A stretch of 40,344 nt of DNA from Myxococcota bacterium (lineage in GTDB: Bacteria > Myxococcota_A > UBA796 > CAJQPC01), in the NCBI GenBank assembly GCA_036012755.1, contig DASCPX010000105.1, positions 1-40,344 on the forward strand, written 5' to 3'. Below, piece after piece: positions 27,342 through 36,725 of the stretch (position 1 is the stretch's first letter; each line of letters begins with the position of its first letter). Made by a program: the position numbers and the translations under genes. The notes beneath the pieces are model-generated. The model ran no database searches and was not told the origin of the DNA. It saw only the letters and a program-made list of their open reading frames with translations.

Positions 27342-27395
27342 CTCGGGGAACCAGTCTACTCGCGGCTTCTCTGCGAATCTACTTGAAGGGAACTC

Positions 27396-27425
27396 TTGAC
27401 AGGACAAGAGTAGTGGCGGTACTCA
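27396..27425 (+). promoter_or_regulatory. Candidate sigma70-type promoter
   Basis: Perfect TTGACA (27396-27401) in an AT-richer divergent gap, imperfect -10 (TACTCA) 18 nt later, AGGAGG SD before ATG 27444. Confidence 0.4.
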
Positions 27426-27443
27426 TTCGAGGAGGACCGCGTC

Positions 27444-27911
27444 ATGCTCCTGCTGCTGGGCTCACTGTCGATCTCCCCCGCGCACGCGAAGGACCTGCGC
27501 AAGCGCGTGGGCGTCGGGCTGGACAACCAGTTCGGCCATGTCTCCAGCTTCTCCGTGAAGGCAGGCATCCCGACACCGGATCCGGCCATCAACCTGCAGG
27601 TCCAGGGCACCTTCGGCCTCTCCGTGCTCGACGGCGCGGCGGACGACTGGTGGTTCGGCGGACGCGTGCTCTACGGCGTCGTCGCAGAGGACAACATGAA
27701 CCTCTACGCGGCCGCAGGGGCCGGCTGGCGGGTGGCCGGTCGGGACAAGTCGCTCCGGCTCTACCCCGCCGTCGGCACCGAGTTCTTCCTCTTCGGGCTC
27801 GAGAACCTCGGCCTCTCCGCCGAGGTCGGCCTCGGGATCGACCTCGGCACCGGCGCTGACTTCTACAGCGTCGGCTCCGCCGCCGGCATGGGCGTCCACT
27901 ACTACTTCTGA
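27444..27911 (+). CDS. Small outer-membrane beta-barrel protein (probably 8-stranded)
   Basis: AGGAGG SD, signal ending AHA, amphipathic strands (NLYAAAGAG, GTEFFLF, LGLSAEVGLG), C-terminal GVHYYF beta-signal. Confidence 0.82.
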   Translation: MLLLLGSLSISPAHAKDLRKRVGVGLDNQFGHVSSFSVKAGIPTPDPAINLQVQGTFGLSVLDGAADDWWFGGRVLYGVVAEDNMNLYAAAGAGWRVAGRDKSLRLYPAVGTEFFLFGLENLGLSAEVGLGIDLGTGADFYSVGSAAGMGVHYYF

Positions 27912-27919
27912 GGCTTCCG

Positions 27920-29158
27920 ATGCTGCTCATCGCAATGACAGTGGGCTGCGCAGACTCCCCCTGCGCTGATGTCGACGGGAGCAAGCTCTATGTCTTCCCG
28001 CCGACCCAGGAACAACGGAGCGTGCCCTCGAACGCCCGGGTCTTCGAGACGATCCAGGACGCCCTGGACCACGCCGAGCCGGGCACGGCCGTGTGCGTCG
28101 CCGAGGGACACTATCGCGAGTCACCGACCGTCTACACGCCCGACGTGATGCTCTACGGCGCCGGCCCCGAGCGCACCGAGATCATCCCCGAGACCCTCCA
28201 GATACGAGCGCCAGGCACGACGGTCCTCAGCGTCGGGGCGGCCGGCGTCCACGTGCGTGGCTTCAGCCTCCGCCACGGCGCGACCGGCATCTACGTCGAG
28301 CCTGGCACCAGCGCGCTGGTCGAGGACGTCGCCCTGGAGGACAACGGCGTCGGCCTGCTCGCCCCGGAGCCTTCGGGGCTGGGTCTCGTGGGGCTCGACG
28401 TAGCGAGGAACACCAGCATCGGGCTGCTGGTCACCGCGAACCACGACTTCCCGACCGTGACCGTCCACGGGGGTCGTTTCGTCGGGAACGGCACCCTCGG
28501 CGAGAGCGAGGTCGGGGGCATCTACTCCGACACCGCGCTCGAGCTGCGCGGAGTCACCCTCCGCGACAACGTCGGAGAGCTGACAGCGGACGTCTTCACC
28601 CAGCGCGGCCTGACGCTCACCGACGTCGTACTCGAGCGGGCCGCGCGACTCGGAGGCGCCCCACGAATCTCCAGCCAGGACGGCCTCGTCGCCCGGGACC
28701 TCAGCGTCCACACCTACGGCAGCGTCGGCCTCGACATCGGCTGCCGGGAAGGAGGCGTAGAGATCGACAACCTCGCGCTGTCCGACGCCGGGGGTGGCGC
28801 CACCGGCCTGGTGCTGGAGGACTGTGTCGGCCGCATCGCCCACGCCACGCTGGTCGACACTACCCAGACAGCGCGTCCAGCGCTCTCCGGGACCGGAACG
28901 CTGGAGATCGTCAACACCGCCTTCGTCGGCTTCGGCGCCCCGGATCTCGATGGATCCCTCCAGACCGCCGCGGTCTTCACCGGGACGGCCTCTGACGCAG
29001 CGCTGATGCGGCCCCTGCCTGTCGATCCCGACCTTCGCCCGCAGAGCGACTCGCCGTTGATCGACGCCGGAGTGATGGTCGGCGTCGGCTCGGACCTGGA
29101 CGGACGCCCGCGCCCCTCTGGGGACGCCCCGGACATCGGAGCTTACGAGTTGTACTGA
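27920..29158 (+). CDS. Right-handed beta-helix lipoprotein (pectin-lyase-like fold)
   Basis: MLLIAMTVG-C lipobox; TIQDALD...VCVAEGHYRE cap; Asn-ladder repeats; C-terminal DLRPQSDSPLIDAG...DLDGRPR...PDIGAYE motif typical of beta-helix proteins. Confidence 0.85.
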   Translation: MLLIAMTVGCADSPCADVDGSKLYVFPPTQEQRSVPSNARVFETIQDALDHAEPGTAVCVAEGHYRESPTVYTPDVMLYGAGPERTEIIPETLQIRAPGTTVLSVGAAGVHVRGFSLRHGATGIYVEPGTSALVEDVALEDNGVGLLAPEPSGLGLVGLDVARNTSIGLLVTANHDFPTVTVHGGRFVGNGTLGESEVGGIYSDTALELRGVTLRDNVGELTADVFTQRGLTLTDVVLERAARLGGAPRISSQDGLVARDLSVHTYGSVGLDIGCREGGVEIDNLALSDAGGGATGLVLEDCVGRIAHATLVDTTQTARPALSGTGTLEIVNTAFVGFGAPDLDGSLQTAAVFTGTASDAALMRPLPVDPDLRPQSDSPLIDAGVMVGVGSDLDGRPRPSGDAPDIGAYELY

Positions 29159-29242
29159 CCCCAATGCTGCTGTATTTTTCTCGCGCACCCGCGAGGAGGA
29201 GCAGGTGGCCGACAAGACGGGTCTTCGGAAGGGAGGAGTGGC

Positions 29243-32200
29243 TTGCTGCTCCTAGCAGTCGGCCTCGCCTACGGCGCCGCCTACCAGCCCGAGCTCGAGT
29301 GGCGCACGCTCGAGACAGAGAACTTCAACATCACCTTCCACCAAGGTGAGGAGCAGCTGGCCAACGAGCTCGGCTTCATCGCAGAGGACGTGCACGTCCG
29401 CCTGACCGCGGACATGCAGAACACTCCGAAGCGGGCGACCGAAGTCGTCCTCGTCGACCACACCGACATCGCCAACGGCTACGCGATGCGCTTGCCGGTG
29501 AACACGATCGTCATCTTCGTGACGGCCCCGCAAGAGGCCTCCGGACTGGCCCTGTACGAGGACTGGCTCCAGACGATCATGACCCACGAATACGCCCACA
29601 TCCTGCACCTCGACACGGTGCGTGGGCCACCCCTGCTCCTGCGCTACGTGCTGGGTCGCGTGGTCAGCGTGAACGACCTCTCGCCGTGGTGGATCGTCGA
29701 GGGCAGCGCCACCTTCCAGGAGACCCGCCACACCACTGGCGGCCGAGGACGCAGCAACCACACCGACATGATCCTCCGCATGGCGGTGATCGAGGACGGC
29801 TTCCCCGAGCTCGGCCAGATGGACGGCTTCCTCACGCAGCCGCCGGGGGGCAACACGCGCTACCTCTTCGGACAGTCGCTGCTGTCCTACATCCAGCAGC
29901 ACACAAGCGACGACGCCATCACGCGCTGGAACCTCAGCTACGGCTCCTGGGTCCCCTACTGGCTCCCTGCGAAGCAGGTCTTCGGCAAGGGGTACAGGGC
30001 CTGGTACGAGGAGTGGAAGGCCCACCTCGAGGGGGTCTACGAAGACCAGCAGATCGAGGTCGCCGAGCTGGGTGTCACCTGGCCGCAGCTGTTGATGAAC
30101 GACGAGCTGGACGGTTCCTGCTCCGGGCCACGCTTCTCTCCCCAGGGGGACAAGCTCGCCTTCGCTTGCAGTGACCGGCGAGATGGCGCCAACGTCTACC
30201 TGGCTGACGGCGAGGGCGGCGAGATCGAGATCGAGGTCGAGGAAGGCTGGGCCAAGCAGTTCGCCTGGCGGCCCGACGGCGAGGCCTTCGCCTACAGCTC
30301 CACCCACATCGTCAACGACTACAGCCTCTACGAAGACGTCTACTTCCACGTCCTCGGCGAGGAGACCGCGGTCCGCCTCACGAGCGGAAAGCGAGCCAGG
30401 GACCCGGAGTTCAGCCACGACGGCGCGGATCTGCTCGTCGTGACCAACGAGGTCCAGAACAACAACCTGGCGCGGATGCGCATCGACCAGAGCCTCGAGG
30501 AGCTGACCGAATACGCGGATCACACGCAGCTCTCCACGCCACGCTACTCGCCGGATGGGCGCTACATCGCGCTGTCCGCCTGGATGGACGGAGATCGGGA
30601 CATCTGGATCTTCGAGGCCGACGGGACGCCCTATCGCCGCGTGACGATGGACATGTACACCGATCGGGACCCGACGTGGTCCGCGGACGGAGAGCGGCTC
30701 TACTTCTCCAGCGATCGCTCGGGCATCTCGAACATCTACGCCGTGGACCTGGAGACCGAGCAGCTCTGGCAGGTCACGAACGTGCTCTCCGGAGCCTTCC
30801 AGCCCACCGTGCGCGCCGACGAGCAGGTCATCGCCTGGCTCCACTACACCCACAACGGCTACCGAGTCGCGCTCATGGAGCTCCAGCCGGAGGCCTGGCG
30901 GGATCGCGGCCTGCTGCCCCGGCCGCTGGTCCACGGCGGGCCGCTGTCGTCCTGCTTGCCCGGAGAGCCAGGAGACCGGGTGGCCCAGAGCGGTGGCGTG
31001 GCTGGCTTCGAAGAGCACCCCGGGATGCGTGGGCACACGCCCCGGCCCATCCACACGGTCCTGGACCAGCCGGTGAAGGGTCCGGATCTCGACGACATCG
31101 CGGAGGCGGACGAGGACAAGGGCGAGCACGACGACGAGTACCCCTTCGACTTCGAGGTGCGGGACTACGAGGCCCTCTCGACCCTGGTCCCGCCTCGCTA
31201 CGTGCTGCCGACGATCTACAGCACGAGCACGGGCTTCATGGGGGCGCTGTCGACCAGCGGCGTCGATACCCTGCGACGGCACGGCTACAGCATCTACGCG
31301 ACCTACCGGACGGACGCGAACTTCGCCGGCGGAGGCGCCGCCTACACCTGGAACCGGTGGAAGCCGATCTTCAGCTGGGGCGCTCACACCTACGTCGTGC
31401 CCTACGGCAAAATCTACCGGCAGCAGACGCCGGAGCCCGGCGCCAACATCCCCGTCGTCCAGGAGACCGACCGCCAGTACTGGGACCACCGGACGCGCTT
31501 CTGGACCGCCGCCAGCGTCTCCCGCCGCGAGCGCACGGCCATCTATGCCCGTTACACCGGTGTCTACCGGACACCCAAGGACAAGCCGGGCCCGCACGCC
31601 TACCGGGACTTCCTGCCCACCCGGGGCTTCCTCAGCACGATCGGCGGCGGCTGGCGCTACGCGAAGGGCAAGGTCTACACCTACTCGATCGCGCCAGAGG
31701 ACGCGCGAGTCCTCGCCCTCGACGCCGAGTGGACCTCTCCCTGGCTCGGCTCCTACACGCTGGACACGAGCGACAAGCCGGTCGCCTTCAATCGCATGCA
31801 GGTCAGCGGCGAGGTGCGCGAGTTCGTCTCCCTGCCCTGGGCCTACAACCACGTCCTCGCGATGCGCGGCGCGGCTGGCATCAGCTTCGGTGACCAGCTC
31901 CGCTACGGCGCCTTCCGGCTCGGCGGCAACTACGGGGAGAGCGGCTACTACCGCCTCCCGGACGAGTGGAAGAGCCTGCGGGGCTACCCCGTCGCGACCG
32001 TAGGAGGCAACGGCTACTACCTCAGCTCCATCGAGTACCGCCTGCCGCTCCGCCGGCTGGACTGGGGCCCGGGCACGCTGCCCCTGTTCCTCCGCACGCT
32101 GCACGGCGCCGCCTTCATGGACATAGGTGACGCCTTCGACGAGCTGACCGAGCTGCAAGAGCCCACAGCGATTCGCGACGGCGGCGCGGTCCTCCCCTTC

Positions 32201-32368
32201 CGCCCGCCTCTGGTCGGAGTCGGCGCCGAGCTGCGGCTCGGCACCATCGTCGGCTGGGGCCTCGGCTTCAACACCCGCGCCGGCTACGCCATCGGGCTGA
32301 CCCGCTCCGACTACTACGCGCCGACGGACCTGCAGACCTTCTACTTCCGGATCGGCAGCTCCTTCTGA
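29243..32368 (+). CDS. Omp85-family protein with N-terminal zincin domain and PD40/TolB-like propeller
   Basis: GGAGG SD + TTG; HEYAH...WIVEGSA gluzincin motif; PRFSPQG, WRPDG, PEFSHDG, PRYSPDG, PTWSADG repeats; LRGY, EYRLPL, GVGAEL and terminal FYFRIGSSF. Confidence 0.87.
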   Translation: MLLLAVGLAYGAAYQPELEWRTLETENFNITFHQGEEQLANELGFIAEDVHVRLTADMQNTPKRATEVVLVDHTDIANGYAMRLPVNTIVIFVTAPQEASGLALYEDWLQTIMTHEYAHILHLDTVRGPPLLLRYVLGRVVSVNDLSPWWIVEGSATFQETRHTTGGRGRSNHTDMILRMAVIEDGFPELGQMDGFLTQPPGGNTRYLFGQSLLSYIQQHTSDDAITRWNLSYGSWVPYWLPAKQVFGKGYRAWYEEWKAHLEGVYEDQQIEVAELGVTWPQLLMNDELDGSCSGPRFSPQGDKLAFACSDRRDGANVYLADGEGGEIEIEVEEGWAKQFAWRPDGEAFAYSSTHIVNDYSLYEDVYFHVLGEETAVRLTSGKRARDPEFSHDGADLLVVTNEVQNNNLARMRIDQSLEELTEYADHTQLSTPRYSPDGRYIALSAWMDGDRDIWIFEADGTPYRRVTMDMYTDRDPTWSADGERLYFSSDRSGISNIYAVDLETEQLWQVTNVLSGAFQPTVRADEQVIAWLHYTHNGYRVALMELQPEAWRDRGLLPRPLVHGGPLSSCLPGEPGDRVAQSGGVAGFEEHPGMRGHTPRPIHTVLDQPVKGPDLDDIAEADEDKGEHDDEYPFDFEVRDYEALSTLVPPRYVLPTIYSTSTGFMGALSTSGVDTLRRHGYSIYATYRTDANFAGGGAAYTWNRWKPIFSWGAHTYVVPYGKIYRQQTPEPGANIPVVQETDRQYWDHRTRFWTAASVSRRERTAIYARYTGVYRTPKDKPGPHAYRDFLPTRGFLSTIGGGWRYAKGKVYTYSIAPEDARVLALDAEWTSPWLGSYTLDTSDKPVAFNRMQVSGEVREFVSLPWAYNHVLAMRGAAGISFGDQLRYGAFRLGGNYGESGYYRLPDEWKSLRGYPVATVGGNGYYLSSIEYRLPLRRLDWGPGTLPLFLRTLHGAAFMDIGDAFDELTELQEPTAIRDGGAVLPFRPPLVGVGAELRLGTIVGWGLGFNTRAGYAIGLTRSDYYAPTDLQTFYFRIGSSF

Positions 32369-32374
32369 GGCCGC

Positions 32375-34411
32375 TCAGGGGTCTCCGTAGATCCAGCGGT
32401 AGGTCATCAGGTAGCCGAGGACGCGGCGGGTGTAGCGGCGGGTCTCCGAGTAGCTGATGTTCTCTGCGAACCAGTCGACCTCTGGGGGCTCCGCGTACTC
32501 GACCAGCCAGCGCTCGACGGCCTCAGAGCCACCGTTGTAGCCCGCGATGGCCAGCGGGAGCCTGGGCTCGACCCCCGCGCCGTGGAAGCGGACGTAGAGC
32601 TCGCCGATCTCGGTCGTGCCAAGCCAGGCGTTGTAGCCGGGGACGTAGAGCCGGTCGGGGTCGTAGGGATCCCCGGGCAGGCGCTGGGCGTGGAGCTCTC
32701 CAGCGAGATCAGGCATCAACTGCATCAGCCCGCGGGCCCCGGCGAGGCTGGTGACGCTCGGGTCCAGGGCTGACTCCGCGGTCATGATCGCGAAGGGCAG
32801 CAGGGGATGAAGTCCGTACTCCGCTGCGGCGCCCTCGACGACGAGCCTCTCCGGACGCGGGTAGCAGGCGGTGGTGGCGATGGGAGACTCGCCGGCTCGC
32901 CAGGGCTTGGAGCACCACGGCTTCGCCAGGGCCTGGGCGTCCTTGTAGGCGCCGACCTCGACGAGGAGGTGGGCATAGGACAGGGCCGTGGTCTTGCCCT
33001 TGGCCTTCGCCGCCGGGATCGCGGCGACGAGGCGCTCCCGGGCCCAAGCGAACTGGCCGGCTTCATAGAGCGCGATGCCGAGGCTCACGTCCTCGTTGGA
33101 GGCGACGAAGGCTGGGTCGAGCTCCGGCACCTCCACCTCTGGGATACCCGGGAAGGTGCGACCCAGTCGCTCGGCCGCGAACCAGGCATGCCCGCTCACC
33201 GGGTAGCTCTTCAGGAGCCGGGACAGGGCCGCCGTCTCCCCCGCCGCGTCGCCTTGCATGCCGCGAATCCGTGCCTTCCAGTACAGGGCCTGGGGCGCGA
33301 GGCTGGAGCTCCCGTGCTTCGCGAGCAGCGTATCGAGCCAGCCCTCGGCCTCCTCCAGCTGCCCGAGGCGCAGGCACGACCAGCCCAGGAACCAGTAGGT
33401 CTCGTCCGCGTGCTTCGTCGAGGGCCGGCGCTCGAGGTGGTCGGAAAAGAGCGGGATCGCGTCGGTCAGGCGCCCCTCGTCGTATGCGAGGTAGCCGAGC
33501 TTGTAGCTGGCCGTGTCGGCCCGCTTCGTCGACGGGTAGAGCTCGATGAGGCGCGCGTAGTAGTCCGCCGCCGCGGCATAGTCGCCGGTCCGCGATGTGC
33601 CCAGGGCGTAGTGGTAGAGCGTCTCGGCGCCGCCCTTCGTCCCAGGCTCGGTGGGAGACAGCTCGGCCATCACCGCCATCGAGCGCGGGTAGTCCTTGGC
33701 CGAGAACAGCGCCATCGCGAGCTCGTGGGTCCAGCTCGCGTCGCTGCGTCCGGTCGCCTCGCCGATGGCGTCGTAGAGCGGGATGGCCTCGCCCGCCCGG
33801 TAGACCTTCACCAGGTTTCGGGCTCGCGTCAGGGCGAGCTCCTGCCCTTCGGCAGTGCCGACATCCGGCACCGGTGAGCCCATCGCCGCGAGGCGCTCGG
33901 CGCTGGCGGCCGAGTAGGGGCTCTTGACGTTCTTCGCCCAGTTGGAGCGGTGGGCATCGAGGGCCGCGTCGAGGTCCCCGCGCCCTTCGGCGCCCACGGC
34001 TAGCCAGTACAGAGCCTCGCCGGTGCTGTCTCCGCCGAGCAGCCCGCGCAGGTGTGGTCGGGCGTCCATGCTGCGACCGGCGCCGACCAGAGCGCGGCCG
34101 TAGAGCATCGTCGCGTCGTCCCCAGCGGTCCCCGGCAGATCGACCCCCCGAACGGTCTCCACCACGAACTCAGGGTCGTCCTCTACCCATCCCTGGGCGA
34201 TGAGGACCCGAGCGTAGGGGTCGAGCGGCCCACCGCCGAGGTAGGCGACGAGGTGCTCCGCGTGGCCGCATCGGGCGAGCGCCATCGCCTCTTCCATGTC
34301 GGCGACGTCACCAACGAGGGTGATGACCTCGCCGCAGTCGCCCCGTCGAAGGGCGGTGAGCAGGTCGGCCGGAAGGGCGGCACGGGCGACCGGAAGGAAG
34401 GCGAGCAGCAT
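32375..34411 (-). CDS. Slt70-like lytic transglycosylase with TPR repeats
   Basis: TPR-like helices; AIMTAESALDP (catalytic Glu), AGARGLMQLMP, AGYNGG, ETRRYTRRV. Confidence 0.92.
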   Translation of the reverse strand: MLLAFLPVARAALPADLLTALRRGDCGEVITLVGDVADMEEAMALARCGHAEHLVAYLGGGPLDPYARVLIAQGWVEDDPEFVVETVRGVDLPGTAGDDATMLYGRALVGAGRSMDARPHLRGLLGGDSTGEALYWLAVGAEGRGDLDAALDAHRSNWAKNVKSPYSAASAERLAAMGSPVPDVGTAEGQELALTRARNLVKVYRAGEAIPLYDAIGEATGRSDASWTHELAMALFSAKDYPRSMAVMAELSPTEPGTKGGAETLYHYALGTSRTGDYAAAADYYARLIELYPSTKRADTASYKLGYLAYDEGRLTDAIPLFSDHLERRPSTKHADETYWFLGWSCLRLGQLEEAEGWLDTLLAKHGSSSLAPQALYWKARIRGMQGDAAGETAALSRLLKSYPVSGHAWFAAERLGRTFPGIPEVEVPELDPAFVASNEDVSLGIALYEAGQFAWARERLVAAIPAAKAKGKTTALSYAHLLVEVGAYKDAQALAKPWCSKPWRAGESPIATTACYPRPERLVVEGAAAEYGLHPLLPFAIMTAESALDPSVTSLAGARGLMQLMPDLAGELHAQRLPGDPYDPDRLYVPGYNAWLGTTEIGELYVRFHGAGVEPRLPLAIAGYNGGSEAVERWLVEYAEPPEVDWFAENISYSETRRYTRRVLGYLMTYRWIYGDP

Positions 34412-34428
34412 CAGCGCCCCGCAGTGAG

Positions 34429-36117
34429 TCAGCGAATGTCGAGTTCGACCGGCATCAGCGCCAGAGGTTCGTTCGGATGGGCCGCGAGGAAGTCCACGAA
34501 CTCCATGAGAGCGCCTGCCGACTCCACGGTCTTCAGCAGACTACCGAGTCCGAGGGTCCCGACCACCACCTGAGCCGCACCGGGGATCATCTCCATCAGC
34601 CAGGAACGGGCGGGGCGCACGACGACATCGATACGGCGCCAAGGGCGACCCGGGGCGATCCCCGCCTTGGAGCGGGCGCGCCGGATTGCTTCTTCGAGCC
34701 CTCCGAGGTCATCGACGAGTCCGACCTCCTTGGCTCGGCGTCCGGTCCACACGCGGCCGCGGGCGACGGCCTCCACCTCGTCGTAGGTACGTCCCCGGCC
34801 CTCGCTGACCCGACGGACGAAGCCCTCGTAGGTCTGCTCCAGGCGCTCGCGGAACTTGGCCCGCTGGTGGTCGTCGAAGGGTCGGTCCGGCTGGTACAGC
34901 CCCACGTTGCGTCCTCGGTCGATGGCTTCTGTGAAGACCCCGAGCGCGGCGCTCCCCTTCCCGGTGACCAGCTTTCCGCCCACGACCCCGATGGACCCGG
35001 TCATCGTGCCCGACCGCGCCACGATGCTGTGGACGGGGGCCGCGATGTAGTAGCCGCCGCTGGCAGCGACGTCGCCGAAGCTGGCGATGACCGGCTTTTT
35101 CTTGGCCAGGAGCTCGACCTCGTGCCAAATGAGGTCGCTGGCGAGCACCGAGCCCCCCGGCGACTGGATGTGCAGCACGACCGCGTCCACCTTGTCGTGG
35201 TCCCGCACCGCTCGCAGCATGGGCACCACCTCCGTCGGCGAGATGCGCGGCCGCGCCGAGGGGCCGCTGGCGGTGCTCACCCCACCCTCGAGGTGCACGA
35301 CGGCGACCAGGGGATCCGGAGAGAGGAAGTCGTCCACGCGCCGGGCGGTGCGCATGAGCATCTCGACCCCGCGGTAGGGCACCCTACGCACGTCGACGCC
35401 CAGGAGCTCCTCGAGCAGTCGGTCGACGGCGTCCTCGTACCCGACGATGTCGATGAGCCCGGCTTCCTTGGCCTCCTCGGGGTGCAAAGGCGCCCGATCG
35501 ATGAGCGCCTGGACGGTGCCCTCGTCGAGCTCCCGTGACTTCGCGAGACAGCCGACGAGATCCTCGTGCAGATCGTCGATCAAGCCACTGATGGCCTCGC
35601 GGTTCTCGGCAGAGGGGTGCTCGCGGGTGAAGGTCTCGCCGAGGCTCTTGTACTCGCCGGCCGCCTCGACGTCGAAGCGGAGCCCCAGGCGCTCCAGGAG
35701 CGGCCCGATGAAACGCAGGCGTCCACCGATCCCGACGACGCCGACCTCTCCCATCGGCGGCACGATGATCCGGTCAGCCGCGGTCGCGAGGTACATGCCC
35801 GCGTTGCCGGGGGATGGCGCGAAGACCACGACGAGCTTGCCGAGGCCCCTCACCCGCAGGAGCCCGGCATGCCACTCCTGGAGCGTGGCCCAGCCCCAAC
35901 CGATGCCGGAGACCTGGAGCACGACACCCTTGACCTCGCGAGCGGAGATCGCCTGCTCGAGGTTGCGGAGCAACAACAGCGGGTGCTTGATGTTGCCGTC
36001 GAGGCGCAGATCGATGACGCCGGCGGGACCGAGACGTGCCTTCGCGCCAGCGTTGAGGCCCTGGGCGAGGAGGAAGCCCAGCGGGCGCGTGACCAGACGC
36101 AACAGATCCTTGACCAA
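34429..36117 (-). CDS. sppA: Signal peptide peptidase SppA, 67K type
   Basis: YLATAADRI, GEYKS (catalytic Lys), SPGGS, AASGGYY (catalytic Ser), TGSIGV, GRVWTG; GGAGG SD + TTG. Confidence 0.93.
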   Translation of the reverse strand: MVKDLLRLVTRPLGFLLAQGLNAGAKARLGPAGVIDLRLDGNIKHPLLLLRNLEQAISAREVKGVVLQVSGIGWGWATLQEWHAGLLRVRGLGKLVVVFAPSPGNAGMYLATAADRIIVPPMGEVGVVGIGGRLRFIGPLLERLGLRFDVEAAGEYKSLGETFTREHPSAENREAISGLIDDLHEDLVGCLAKSRELDEGTVQALIDRAPLHPEEAKEAGLIDIVGYEDAVDRLLEELLGVDVRRVPYRGVEMLMRTARRVDDFLSPDPLVAVVHLEGGVSTASGPSARPRISPTEVVPMLRAVRDHDKVDAVVLHIQSPGGSVLASDLIWHEVELLAKKKPVIASFGDVAASGGYYIAAPVHSIVARSGTMTGSIGVVGGKLVTGKGSAALGVFTEAIDRGRNVGLYQPDRPFDDHQRAKFRERLEQTYEGFVRRVSEGRGRTYDEVEAVARGRVWTGRRAKEVGLVDDLGGLEEAIRRARSKAGIAPGRPWRRIDVVVRPARSWLMEMIPGAAQVVVGTLGLGSLLKTVESAGALMEFVDFLAAHPNEPLALMPVELDIR

Positions 36118-36209
36118 AGAGCCTCCCAGAAGGCGGAACGAGAGCCTAATGACTACACTCTAAACACCCCGAAGTCAGCTCGGAAACGCTCAGCCAGGAA
36201 GCAGTCCTC

Positions 36210-36608
36210 ATGAAGTTCAGGTTGAGCACCACAGAGGCGGCCCAGGTCGAGTTCGTCCCGGTCGGCGACCTCGTCGATCTCGCTGTGGAGCTCGATCACA
36301 TCCCGGACCAGGACATCGATCGACTCGAGCTCCTGGCCGAGTTGATCCCCAGGCTCTACGAGTTGGCGCAGCGAGATGGGCTGCCGTTCTCCAAGTACGA
36401 CGCAGAGGACCTCGCCGAGCTTCCGACGGAGCACCGCGCGGCCCTCGCCGAGGCGATGGGCTGGGACTCCGACGTGTCAGCGATCCTCAGAGGCGGCGGC
36501 AAGGTCTACCGGAGATACGCGAAGAACAAGAAAAACTCGCAGATCGCGCTGTTGCTCCCTTGCCTCTTGCGACCCCTGGCGAGGCACGCCGCAGAGCGGG
36601 GCGGCTAG
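36210..36608 (+). CDS. Hypothetical helical cytoplasmic protein
   Basis: 132-aa ORF with coding-like GC3 pattern filling the gap; no recognised motif. Confidence 0.7.
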   Translation: MKFRLSTTEAAQVEFVPVGDLVDLAVELDHIPDQDIDRLELLAELIPRLYELAQRDGLPFSKYDAEDLAELPTEHRAALAEAMGWDSDVSAILRGGGKVYRRYAKNKKNSQIALLLPCLLRPLARHAAERGG

Positions 36609-36725
36609 AGGCCGCTCGCAAACGAAAAGACAAGAAGGAAGCCGGTCTATTGACCGCGCCTTCGAGCCTGAACTAAGTCATGTAGCTGTACCACCCGGGC
36701 GCAGTGCGCGCTCCAGGAGCACCAC

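Noticed and set aside
29164..29349. 61-aa ORF as a leader peptide
   Set aside because: No SD, overlaps the main gene out of frame and has no telling codon run.
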